The notes beneath the pieces were generated by a model that worked only from the letters and a program-made list of their open reading frames with translations, did not search any database and was not told the origin of the DNA. A DNA stretch of 64,000 nt from Yuukianura sp. NJ FZ-2021. Taxonomy: Eukaryota. The translations under genes and the position numbers were made by a program. Positions 25,901 to 37,924 of this stretch are shown here, piece by piece (the stretch's first letter is position 1; each line of letters opens with the position of its first letter). The stretch covers positions 14,880,001 through 14,944,000 of the forward strand of contig CM102285.1 of the NCBI GenBank assembly GCA_046563655.1. The letters run 5' to 3'.

Positions 25901-28900
25901 ATTGTCCGGATTTTCTGGAAGATGAAATGGAATCCGCAGCATCCGGCTCAAGCCCATTTCTAAACAATTTTTGAATCTGAAAAAATTGAATTGAAATTTT
26001 CGGAAATGAACCTGCCCAGTCAGCCTTGTTCCATTATGAAAATTTTTAGAGACTTTAACCTGCCCTTGGATTCAGTTTCAAGGGCCCCCTTCCAGGGCCC
26101 TGTCAAGGGACCATGACCTGTCTCTCTCTCATTACGTTGCAAAACATTTCATGTGTCACCTTGGACAGAGTAGAAGGAATCTTAATCCTTGTTCAGTTAG
26201 ATTCATTATTCATACGCAGAAGGGTTACGTCAGGTGGACCCCTTAAGGGCCCTCGGCAGCAAAAAGAAGTCCCTTCAAGGGCTCCTGGATGACAACAACA
26301 AAACAGGTAGGAAGACAATCGTGTCTTTTCCAAAATCCAGCATGATCTCAGCAACAAAAGTTTCTTCAACCCCATCGTAACGCCAAAAGCAACACTTTCA
26401 TTCAATTGTTCGTTCCACTACAATGAAATCCAAAATTTCAAAAAAAAAGGAAAAAAAAAGTTCGAAATTTTCTTTCAAGAAAAAACTTTTTTGAAAAACG
26501 CAGTCGTTGATGTATTTACGGTTTTTCTGTTTTAAAACAGACGCAGACAGGAAAGATTAAAATCAGAAAAAATGGAGAGTTGACCTTTGGTGGTTTTGTG
26601 AAATTGGTTTTCGCTGTAGGTGAGTGCAGTAGTCGTGATGGTCGTGAGGGGCCCTTAAAGGGGTCCTTAGTGGTGACTGGAGCCCTTAGAAGGTGAGAGA
26701 GACAAAGTGGTGTGAGAGGCATGTCATGTTCGTCCAAAAAGTCCCGGAAGGGTTCCCTTAAGGGACAATGACTCTTCTCAAGATCTTCTGCAATGATACG
26801 GCACAAAAAGACGCCTCTATTCTGCCAAAACCGAAAAAAATCAAAATTTTGATCAAAACAGACAAAAAAAAGTGAAATTTTTAAGATTTATGACATTTTG
26901 AACAAAGTTTGTCCCCACCCCCTTCTTGGGGGGCTATCAAATGAGGGGGTTAAACTAATAAAAACGGTGGTTTTTATGATAAATCGGTTGGAAGTGTTAA
27001 AAAGTGTGAGAAAAGTTTAAGAGATTGAGGAGATGTGCTTGTGGTGATCTTGAGAGGATTTCTTGGATTCATTTTTTGAAAAAGTTTTTTAAAAAATCCA
27101 ATTTTGAAAAGGAGTTAAATCCTCGAAAGACGTTCGGATGCATGAAGCCCTTGTTCAAAATTGACCACAAAGGGCCCCCTTTTCTTTCTTTTTAAAAAAA
27201 GCCGTTAATAAACTTGGATTAACTTTGGACTTGAAATGAAAATGTCACACCTCCACGGTCTAATTAAAATTTCAAAATCTTAAACTTTTCAAAATTTTCA
27301 ACTTTACACCATATAAAAAAATGGCTTTTTGTTAAATTATAGAAACTTAAGCCCTACAGTTTCTTTTATTCTGTCCAGTTGCGGACGCTTGTTTTTTTTT
27401 TCTCGATAAATTTTGAAAAGCTGAAAAATAAAAATTTGTTGAAAGAAGGAAATTTGCAAATAAATTGCAAATTACGGAGATCGTTGGTAGTTTTTGTGAG
27501 ATGGAGATGTGGCACATTAAAAATTTTTAGTAGCTGCGGTCGTTTTTGTCCAATTGTTGTAAAACCTGATGAAGAACTTTTCTTTTATGGGGAAAAATGT
27601 GTGGAACGTGACTAGATTTCAATTAGTTTTTTTCCTCTTTATTCCTTCAAAATCAAAATTGAATTTTTTGACAAAAGGGCCGAATTTTGACGTAACAAGA
27701 AAACGGGTTTGTTTCATCATGCAGCTGAGATGAGGTTAAAGCCAAGTGACAACCAATCCTCCTCCTCGCATTTAGTAGTTTCTTGTTCCTACTGTTCAGT
27801 AGCCTAATCAACCTTAACCTAACTAACCTAACAAAAAAACTAACCTAACAAATAAGTGAACTTTGATATTTGGTGATGAATGAGCGGGTGGTTGAGTCAA
27901 TAATGACAGAGTGTGAAAATTGTGAAGTTGCGGAGGAGGTATGGGGGGGTTTAAGTGGGCCTTGGAAGGAGGTCCTTCGAGATGCAAAAACAAAGAACAA
28001 GAATCAGGACTGAGCTAGACTCCACCAGATCATTCGCATCTTTAACGTTAATTTTTGTATTTGCAATGCAAACGGGCTCATTAACTGTCAAAACAATTAA
28101 AAAGAGACTCCACGTGACATCATTTCTGCAAAAAAAACATTTCCCTACAGGAATGTAATGAGGTGAAAACCATTAGTAATACACAGAAGAAAAAATTCGA
28201 AAAATGAAAAATGTTCAGAATTTTCAAATTCCGAATTCTGAAAAATTCTTAAAATTTAGAATTCTGATTTCAGGTGAACATTTTTCATGTTTAACGCCTA
28301 CAAACAACTCCGAATTTAGGATTCGAAGTAAAAAATAATTTTGAAATTTTGTTTTTATGGCGCTGATGCCCCTCCATATTTTTCTCGGCGCGCGTATTTC
28401 AAATCCTAATTTCGTATTTTTCAAAAAACCGCCATTAATTTTAACTTTTTTGTTCTTTGTCTCGATGAAGCGATGATCTTAGGAAGATTAGAAACTGCTG
28501 CCGAGATTTGTTCTTGTCAGCAGCATCCCTGGTCCAGGCAACTACCATAACACTAACCTCAACGAAGCCAAGTGTCTCCGAGAGCCCTTAAGGCCCTTCA
28601 AAATTAACAGAGGAAATGCATCCTTTGAAGGCCCCACCGCCCCCTTAAGTCCCCCCTCCAGTAACCTGTCTACCAATTAATCACTGGCCAAACAGAGCCC
28701 CACTCTGCATAATCTCCCTCTCCTGATCTCCTAACTGATGGATGAGATTTTCCTAATGAAAATGAATCTTCCCACAGATCACTTACAGCAGCATCCCTTC
28801 AACTCTTCATTTGCATTTCTAAGGGGACTCCCCTTAGAGCCGCCAAAAACTTAAGAAGGGGGCCCTTCATTATGCAAAAACATAAGACAGACTCTGGGAA

Positions 28901-29749
28901 AATTCTAAAAGTTTATGCCGACGATTCGGTAATGAGCCAGTGAGGAATTTCCACCTGCCGACTTTCTGCTCATCAACGTTTCAAAATTTCAAAAGTTTCA
29001 AAAAAGTTGAAAAACTTTTTCAAGTTATTTCTGTAGTAGTAGTTGAACTGTAAACACTGATTGGAAAAGTGTGCCTAGAGAGATAGGGAAAGTGTCAAGT
29101 GTTCTCGACGCTTGAAAAAGAAGCGTTTTGTCGCGTATGAAAAAATCGCTGATGATAAGTTTAACCCTCTGTTCTTCTGCACAGAAACCGCAAACTTTCA
29201 ACAAAAAAAAAAGTTTCAAAATTTTCTTCAGTTTTTTTTATCAGTTTCATTGAACCTTGTCGCTTAACGTTGCGTCCTCAGAAGTGGTTCTTGCAAACAT
29301 CGCTTAATCTTCAACTTTTAGCAAACTTTGAAACCATTAGCATCATGAGCCCTTTGACCCTTGGCGGCAAAGCCCTTCACAATCCAATTTCCAATTGACG
29401 TCAAAGGTCAAGGGTCAAATTCTCAATTTGCCCCATAAAATTTCCCACAAAAGCAACATCACCGTTAAGTCAAATCTTCCAAATTGCCAATAAGCTGGAT
29501 CAAAAACTGCTAAATTTTCTATGACGACTATCCATGTCATGAGAAGCACCCCAGAGGATGATAGTGTCCACTTGAGTTCTTGACGGGACACTCTAGTCTT
29601 CTTGACTAAAAGACTAGAAGACTAGAAGATAAGAAAGTGTGAGAAAGTCAAGTGCGTTGCACTTTGAATCTCGGACGAGCCAAAAACTAAAAAAATGTTA
29701 GACTTGTGGTTGTTTTTGGTGCTTGGGCGGATGATGTTGGTCGAGTGTC

Positions 29750-29958
29750 GGCACGTGAGTGTTCGTCCGTTTGCTTTAGGCTTGGGACACTCCAGTGTCC
29801 ACTTCTGTCCCAGCTTAAACTTAAGTTTTAGCATGGACACACTTCCAATCGGTCCGTTTTGTGTCTGTATGTCCAAAGGGGGCGGACGACTGGGGAGACG
29901 CGAAGCAACAGGTTTGGAGGGTTGCTTGTTTCTCAAAATCTGTGCCCCGCTTTCAGTC
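29750..29958 (+). promoter_or_regulatory. Putative core promoter of hairy-like gene: GGCACGTG E-box and TCAGTC initiator
   Basis: GGCACGTG at 29750-29757 (class B site bound by HES proteins); arthropod Inr-like TCAGTC at 29953-29958, about 90 bp before the ATG. Confidence 0.45.
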
Positions 29959-30046
29959 TCACTCCAACTACACTCTCAAGTACATCCGGAGGGCCCACCC
30001 TCCCTTTTTCAAAACAATACAGAACAAGTGCAAAGGGCCCACCAAA

Positions 30047-32179
30047 ATGTGTTCAACGGAATCCATCACAGTGGACCCACCAAGTAGCTCTGGTGGGGCC
30101 GAAAGCAGCCCCACTACAGTCGGGAAACTGTCGGATCCAAACAACAATCATCAGAGAAACCCAAACAGACGAGTAAGTTTAGTTTTGCAAATTTGAAAAG
30201 AGTGACAATTTTAAGTTTTTCGAAGTTTTAAAAAAATTGAAAAAGTTGAGGTCAAGGGTGAAGAGTGTAGCCCTTAAAGTGTAGTATAATTAAGGAGCAC
30301 TTCAGTTTTTGCTGGAAAATTTGAAATTTTTAGGTTAAGTTTTCAAATTTTTGAAAGTTTAAAAAAAGTTGAGGTCAAGGGTCAAGAGTGTTAGGCCTTA
30401 AAGGGTACTACTTAAGGGGCAGTTTTTGAAACGCCGCAGGGCTCATGTCTCCTCAGCACCTGGCAAAAATGAGTGTCTGGTCATAAAAATACAAATTATG
30501 GACAATTGGACAGACGTCCAAGGGACATGGGCCCTTAAAGACTCCGAACCATGTCAAAACTCCCGCTTCTGAGTCAGGAAGACACGGAATTTTTAGATTT
30601 GAAACCTTTTGTCTCTTTTTACGAGGGCCCTTAAAGGGCTCCAAATCACTTTTTATGATTTCTCTTCCACCGTACAATTCAGAAGGAACGTTACAGAAAA
30701 TGTTTTAAGTTTTTTAGAAAAAGAAACTCTTCGGTTCATTTTTTTTTTCAAAATTTCAAACACGATTACTTTTTTACGATTTCCTTCTCCAATAAACAAT
30801 TTTTGTAACAATTGTGGTGAAACACATTTTCAAAAAAACGTTTTTCAAAAAGAAAGAATTCTGCTGAAACTTGGTTTTTGTAACTTAAGATTTTTGACAA
30901 TTCCAAGTGACCCTTCATGTTTTGGGGTCCCTTGAAGGGCCTAGGAAGTTTTTGTTTTTCGTGGATTTTGGAACATGATTAGAAGTTAGAAGGCTAAAAG
31001 TTGAGACTTTGGAAGTCCTTCCAGGAGGCAAAAGGGCCCTTCATCTGAGTGTTGAATAACAAAAGTCATAAATATTTGAGTGGGGGTACCCTTGGAGCCC
31101 TTTTAAAAAGGCGGGGGTACCCTTTGTTTTTCTCCAAGAGAAGCACTTGACACTTTGCCTTGATGAGAAGAAGGAACAACAGATTCCTTTTTCTCACCAA
31201 ATCTTGAGGGGACCCTTAAGGGACGTCTTAGAGCAGAGGGCCCTTAAGACTTATTTTTTCTCTTTTGTTTCAGAGCAACAAGCCGATAATGGAGAAACGA
31301 CGCCGTGCTAGGATCAACAACTGCTTGAATGAGCTCAAAGGGATCCTGCTGGAAGCCATGCGCAAGGACCCTGCGCGGCACTCCAAATTGGAGAAAGCAG
31401 ACATTCTGGAACTGACTGTGTCGCATTTGAAATCGCTGCACGGTGCAGACTGTCGTGCGGCGCAGACTGTCGTGACGAGTCCGAATCCTGCCGAACTTTT
31501 AGCACGATACCGAGCCGGTTTTACCGAATGTGCGACGGAAGTGAGTCGGTTTTTGTCTTCACCGAAGGCTGACGGTATCGATCCGGCGAGTACCGCTCGA
31601 CTGATGGCTCACTTGAACGAATGTCTGACAAAAGTGTCGGGGTCACCGAGGTCACCGAGCTTAAGTCCGACCGGAACCGTTCCGATACCGAAGTTGAGTA
31701 ATGTCTCAAGTGTCAGCGGCGACGGAACACAAAATTTGACGACTACGCATGCGTCCACACCTATAATTTCCCTTGTGCCTTCACGGTTACCGTCGGGGGA
31801 AATCGCTTTTGTCGTACCGGGTTTCAGTTCGATACGAAACGGTATTCAAATTCAAACCGGCAATCCAGCATCTTACCAACCTCTACTTTCTCCGGAAGTA
31901 CCACTGGAACTGACAGTATCGTCAGCACATGCCCACAACTTTCATACTGCCCACCACCATGCTGGCAGTACTTCGTCTCCGTCGTCGTCAACATCCTCCC
32001 TGAGTCCAGCATACTCCTACGCACCCATTGCACATGCGCATCACTCGTCTTTCTACAACTCACATTCTGCACAGCATCATTCCAACCAATCCTCACTGCT
32101 CAACTACTCTCAACAGCCATTGGCCCTCGTCACTCCCAAGAGGGACATGGTTGACCTCAGCTGTTGGCGGCCATGGTAG
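30047..32179 (+). CDS. h: HES-family bHLH-Orange repressor, hairy-like, 2 exons
   Basis: Exon 1 30047-30172 (MCSTES...NPNRR|gtaagt), exon 2 31274-32179; bHLH, Orange (YRAGFTECATEVSRFL), LVPSRLPSGEIAFVVP hairy-type block, QPLALV (cf. Hairy PLSLV CtBP motif), WRPW; miR-7 site in 3' UTR as in fly hairy. Confidence 0.85.
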
Positions 32180-32294
32180 AGGTCAATGACCTTTGACCTC
32201 CAAAGGCCAATGACCTTTGACCCCGAGAGGTCAATGACCTCACATTTTTTGCTTCAATCAACTAAAGCAACTTAAGTTTTTGCACTTCCCAAAT

Positions 32295-32358
32295 TGTGAT
32301 ATACGCCCTCCTAAACTTCAAAAGTAGAAGAAACAACAATAATCAACAAAGTCTTCCA
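32295..32358 (+). promoter_or_regulatory. 3' UTR miRNA sites: K-box core (miR-2 family) and GY-box (miR-7)
   Basis: TGTGATA at 32295-32301; ACAACAAtAATCAacaAGTCTTCCA at 32333-32358, close to the miR-7 reverse complement ACAACAAAATCACTAGTCTTCCA. Confidence 0.8.
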
Positions 32359-33830
32359 ATTCACTTGTACAAAATCTAGTTTCTTGAAAAAGTTTAAAAT
32401 TTCAAATTTTGAAACTTGAAATGTAAACCATAAGTTGCCTTTTTAGAACTTTCATTCCATTTCATTACGCTCCAACTTCGAGAGTCGAAAAAAATGTTTT
32501 AAGTTAAATTTGAATTAATTAGTGAAACTAATTAGTTAAAATAATTTGGATTTAAATTATTTATCAAACTAATAAAAATTTTGAGTACAACAACAAGATT
32601 TCGAGATGAAAATGACGGCGCTCAAAAACAAACTTCAAAAAATCTTAAACTTTTGTTCTGAAAACCAGTGACCATTTCTTGTTCTAAACAAAGTTGTTTG
32701 GTTTGAAAAACCTCAGTTTCTTGTTCTGAACAGCTTTTTTAAAAAACGGTTGCTTACCTTTTTGAGAAGTGATTTTGTAATTAAGGGTTTAGAAAGAAGC
32801 GGTTAGTTAAGGTAGTGGAGGGAGAGGATAATAGAAATGTTGGAGGAGAGTGGCGTTGGTGGGCCCTTGGAGTTGGTGGGCCCTTAGAAATAGAAATGAA
32901 TGTTCTTTTGCCTTATGAGGAAGGAACAGGTGGATTTTCAATAGAATTCCAGAAGGCCAAGGGCTCTCCAAGGGCCCTTCAAATCCCAGACTTCAAAAAA
33001 CTTAACATTAGAAAAGACGGACATAAGAATAAAAATGGATCTCCTTTAATTAATTCTTATGATTTTAAGGCCCCACAAAGTGTCCTGCCGGAGGGTACTT
33101 GGCCTTGGAGACAACATTCCTCTGTCCAAGTACCCCCACCACCAATGTCCAAGTACCCCCACCACTAACTACTCTGGAAGGAGACTAATGATGATAAATG
33201 GAGTCTTATGGAATCGGAGTATCGTAATCCGACGTGACTAATCGACTCGACCTGCCCATCACTTCTGCAACTCAAGCCCAAGGGCCCAAGGGCCCTTAAG
33301 GGATCACACAATAAGGTCAAGCGCACTTAAGCTTCGCCTCAAGTCATCTTCTGAGATCAAATTAGAAGATACGACACAAAAGCTTCCCAGACACACGTCA
33401 ACAGGTTTACCGTTTTCAGGGGGCCCTTAAGTCCCCTCAAACTCATCTTTTCCCGCCCTTTTTTGAAATAGTTGACCCTTGACCTGTTTTAAATCATGAC
33501 CTTAAGTATATGATAGGGACCTAATCAATGAAAACTAAAGTTAACTTTACAGTTAGTTAGCATAAAAAGTTAGTTTTTAGTAGGCGTTCTAGTTGAATCC
33601 AGTTTCTACTTGCTCTGTGATTGGTTAATTAATGACCTTATGCCGGATGCTGAGTAATTGAGTATTTAAGTGGCGGACTTGGCGCATGCGCAGCTGAATT
33701 GCTCAATTGCCAATTGAACTGGATTGAGGATCCGATTAAAACCAGTATTTCCACTTCAATTAATCTCGATTAATCACAATCATAATTTATTCCAACCACT
33801 ACTGTCCCCTCGTCCCTACAAAAAACACAA

Positions 33831-33950
33831 AAATAACCATAATAAAGCGTCGACATCGCTGGCTATGATTTTCTTGTATTTTTAATTTTTCATACAAAAA
33901 TAACCATAAAGAAGCCTGTACATCGCTGGCTATGATTTTCATGTATTTTT
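33831..33950. repeat. Two-copy tandem duplication of about 66 bp
   Basis: AAAATAACCATAA...ACATCGCTGGCTATGATTTTC occurs twice in tandem. Confidence 0.7.
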
Positions 33951-36248
33951 CGCTTTCCATCGCCGCAAACTGTTCCACAAGCAGTGTTTCTATGAAGTTA
34001 TGTGCATGAATGTTTGCATAATTTCCTGTGGAGACTGTTGTTATTTCGGAAGTGTCTTCCTGTCCATTGTTGGTGTCCAGGATGACTTCCGGTTGGAGAC
34101 GTGGAAAGTTCATGCAGATTCCTTTTGTCCAAGTCCACTCTTCCACATCACCACGCCCTTAATTAAGGGCGTGAGGCCCTGGCACAGTGTTACCAAAAAT
34201 ATACTCATCTCATAGGGTGGGGTCACTCTGTTCCACATCTCATCTGCATTCCAAAAATAGTTACTCCCTCCACTACTGTAAGTCAAGTAGCTTCCAGACA
34301 GGGCGGAGGCCCTTATTCCCCTCTCCAAGGGCCCACGGACAAAGGACCCTTAAAATAATCATAACTTCCAAGCCAGCTTCTGAAATAAAACTGAACCGGA
34401 TCAATTCAGAACCACAGGTTTAGGATTTCTAAGGGCTTGGCTTTTGTAGGTATCAATCAGGGAGCCCTTAGAGATTTGAAACTTTGAAATTGGATTTCTA
34501 GCCCTTAGGAACAACATAACCTAGTCTAATGTACTGAGGCTAACCTGTTAGTTTTGACCTTTGAAGGGTCCAGGGCCCTTAGAAAATAGGAATGTGTTGA
34601 AGGTTTGGAGACAGAACCTGCTTCTTCCCTTAACGGTTCTTTTGTTTTTGGAAACAGAAGCTTGTGAGGATTTCCTAATTATCCCATCAGCCTCAAGGGA
34701 GGAGAGAGGCTCTAAGGGGTCTGATTGGAATTGGAAATGAAGGGCTGGGGGCCCTTCACTTCCACTTCAAGTCTCTCCAGATCCAACGGGATTAATGTTG
34801 AGAGAGGTCAAATCCAAACACGTCTCACGTGACCTCAACATTCAATTTTCAGTTTTAAATCCAAGGGACATATCTCATATTTAAATCTTCGGATCAAATT
34901 TTAACAAGATCAAGTACCCATGGACCCTTAAAAAAATTCAGCCTTAATCTGTCTCTGATGATGAATTTCCACTCCGCCCAAAAATATTTTCTTTAAAGTT
35001 AGGCCAGATTTAAGGTTAGGTTAAGATCGCAAGTTGAGCAGGTGAAGTTGATGTTGAGGTGAGCCCTTTTTCGGTGTTTAAGGGCCCCCTTTTGGCTGTT
35101 TAAGGGCCCTCTTCCTCGGTGGACCCTTTAACGTTTTTGTGTGATTTTAGATTGAAAGGTTTCCCGCATTTTGATGCTCAACAAACCATATCGCTCTGTT
35201 CATCTTGATTTTTTGGGTGATCGGATTGGAATTTTCAGTTTTTTAGAAAAAGGATTTCCAAAATCCAAAAACTGAAAAAAAAAAGATGGAAAAAAGAAGC
35301 TTTTTATTTTTTTACTCATCAGATCACACAACTCTTTACAAATCCAAGGATGAACAAACAACTTTTCAAAAGTAAGGATTTAAAAACTGTTTTTTCTGAA
35401 AATCTGTTTTGAAAATGTGAAAAAGGAGTGAAAAAGCTTCTTTTCTTTCGTTTTTTTTTGTGTCAATTGAATTGGATCTCCAAAGAAGTTTTTGGAAGGG
35501 CGAGAAAGTAATTATTTTCGGTTGAGTGAGATTTCCAGAAAAAGAAAAACAATTGGAAGTGTTTTTTTCGTGTGTGGGAATGATGGAAGCGTTTTTCAGA
35601 AAAAAAGACTTGGGGGGTCGATTTCAAAATTTAGTTTTTCCAAAATTGTATTTTTGGGATTTCTGGAAAACTTCACTTTTTCGTTGGTTCCCTTAAATTG
35701 TGATAAATCCCACACTTGACTCTTAGCAGACTTAATTAGGATCCAATTTCAGAAGAAAAAAAGGGAGCAAGTGGGGAGCCCTTCAAAAACTAGTTCACTG
35801 ACAAAGAAAATCCAGAAGGGGACCCTTGAAGTCCTCCTCTCCAAACACCACGTATGTCATTCGAAACCGCAATTTCCAAAATTTTCAAAACAAAATTTTC
35901 ATGTTTTGACCTCCAAAAAATCTGAAATTTGTACACCCAAATCGCGTCCAATTTCAACGTAAAAATGTCCGAGATTCCAAAACGATAATCTGTGAGATTT
36001 CGAAAAATTTTCAAAAAATGAAAACACGAGTTGAGTTAGCTATTACACCAAAATCGAGAAACTGGTGTAACAATTTTACTTTTTGAAGTTTAGCTTACGA
36101 TCATACGGGATTTTGAAGCTCGGAAGCTTCTAAGAATCTAAGATTAATTGGAGCAGATTACTACGACATGAATTCAGAAGGTTACAATAATTCTTGAATC
36201 CAAAGTGTTTACACTTATGACTGGTTATGGCTGTAAGGGCCCAGTACT

Positions 36249-36816
36249 TTACTTGTCCTTGAAGTCAAAGGGGTCCTTGGCTTCTGTCAACTTGAACCAA
36301 TGTCCACATTCACATCGTTGTGGAGCTCCCTTGTACAGCCACATGTATCTGATGTGGAACTGATCTTCGTGACAAATGCAACCGATGATTCGGCCATCAT
36401 GAAACGATGAAATTAGAGTTGGCTTATCTTTTGTTCCAGGGACATCAACTTTCAGGGCTTTGCAGTTGAATGGATCCTGTAGTATAAACAATTCAATTAA
36501 AACGTTAATTTACTCAATTGAAACGTCGAGTTAGTACTCAATTAATGAAATTCCTAAGTGAGGAGAATCTTACGTCGTTTCCTCGGGCAATGGCCTCCAG
36601 TTCTTTCCGTTCAAGCCCAGTGGCATGCTCCATTGGATCGGCCATCACTGTAAACAAGTAGAGCATTTAGTGACATAAATCGGTCGATAGACGAACGAAA
36701 AAAACGGTTAATCGATTGATTTTGTTACTTTTTTGGGCTCCACGAACGGAGGTAGTAATCAGCTGTGGCCTTGTTCGGCTCAAGGAAAGTGCCCCTCGAC
36801 AAATGAGTCCTGCCAT
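36249..36816 (-). CDS. COX5B: Cytochrome c oxidase subunit 5B, mitochondrial, 3 coding exons
   Basis: Exons 36816-36729, 36647-36574, 36476-36249; Arg-rich transit peptide, DPMEHATGLERKEL, GTKDKP, RIIGCIC and RCECGHWFKL zinc ligands. Confidence 0.96.
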
Positions 36817-37648
36817 TGCTATGCCTTACCAATGGAAACCTAAACACGAATTCAATTAATCAACTAATTAATCGTAAAATAGGAAATACAAGTAACGGTA
36901 CTTTGATTTTTACCTAAAATTGATCGATTGATGAGGACGAATTGAATAAAATTCCAAACCCAAGTGCAGATTTTTCAAAATTCCCTTCTGAAGAATTTAG
37001 TGAGTTGCTCAGGAGGCTTCCCTAACATCAGTCGCCCAAATGTGCTGCCAGGGTTGGGCAGAACCTCTTTACAAAATTATGCTGGCTTTGGCTTTAGTTT
37101 TAATTAGGAATATTAATTAAATTATTTATTAATTAACTACAACAGTTTAAATTATTTTATAAATAATTATGAATTTAAAATAACTAGAACAACTATTACT
37201 ATACTTATTAATTGACTGATTTCTGAATGCCCATGTGTGTCACATGTTGGTGCGGTAGATGTGTGAAGCTTTTTGTCTAACCAGGCCAAAAAAAAAACTT
37301 GAATTTTTTTTTTGTGGAAATACATATTTTGAATATAAGATTCTTGAATTTGGAATTCGATTTCGCAAATTGCAGAATTTCAATTTGGAAAAACTGAAAT
37401 CACTGAGAAAGTTTATAGTTTCCTTTTCAAACAAACGGTAAGTAATTCGGGCTATCATAATTAACGAAATTAACAAAACTAGGACTACGCTAGAACAGAA
37501 CGATTAATACGATAATCTGGACCGGCAGTGCAGTTGCTTTCTTCAACAACCGGTTTTTTATTGCTTCGCATACGAAATAGTAGGAATTTGTTTAAAATTG
37601 AAATTTCATTTTAATTTGGTTTGTTTTCAGCTTGTTTATCTTGCTGAA

Positions 37649-37924
37649 ATGGCTACCGGAGGTGGCGGAGAGCGATACAACATTCACAGTCAATTGGAAC
37701 ATCTCCAGTCCAAGTACATCGGAACAGGTCATGCAGATACAAGCAAGCATGAATGGGTCACTAATCATCATCGGGACACAATTTCCTCCATTCTTGGCCA
37801 CTTTGATCTCCTCAACTACATGGCCTTGACTGAAAACGAATCCAAAGCAAGAGTCAAATTCAATTTTGTTGAGAAGCTGCTACAGCCTTGTGGTCCGCCT
37901 GCAGAAAAACCTTCCGAAGACTAA
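37649..37924 (+). CDS. SF3B5: Splicing factor 3B subunit 5 (SF3b10), single coding exon
   Basis: ERYNIHSQLEHLQSKYIGTGHADT.K.EW..N.HRD ... ENESKARVKFN ... LQPCGPP; divergent from COX5B. Confidence 0.97.
   Translation: MATGGGGERYNIHSQLEHLQSKYIGTGHADTSKHEWVTNHHRDTISSILGHFDLLNYMALTENESKARVKFNFVEKLLQPCGPPAEKPSED

Larger units (their letters stand above)
24360..36245. other. Domain enriched in AAGGGCCCTT / CCCTTAAGGG palindromic motifs
   Basis: Roughly 25-30 exact GGGCCC by manual count plus many GGGACCC/GGAGCCC/CCCTTAA variants in 12 kb; only about 3 GGGCCC noticed in the remaining 52 kb. Confidence 0.85.

Noticed and set aside
23200..29700. Numerous 60-150 aa ORFs in the HES intergenic region
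   Set aside because: Mostly non-ATG starts, F/K/L-rich translations of AT-rich motifs, no coherent splice structure.
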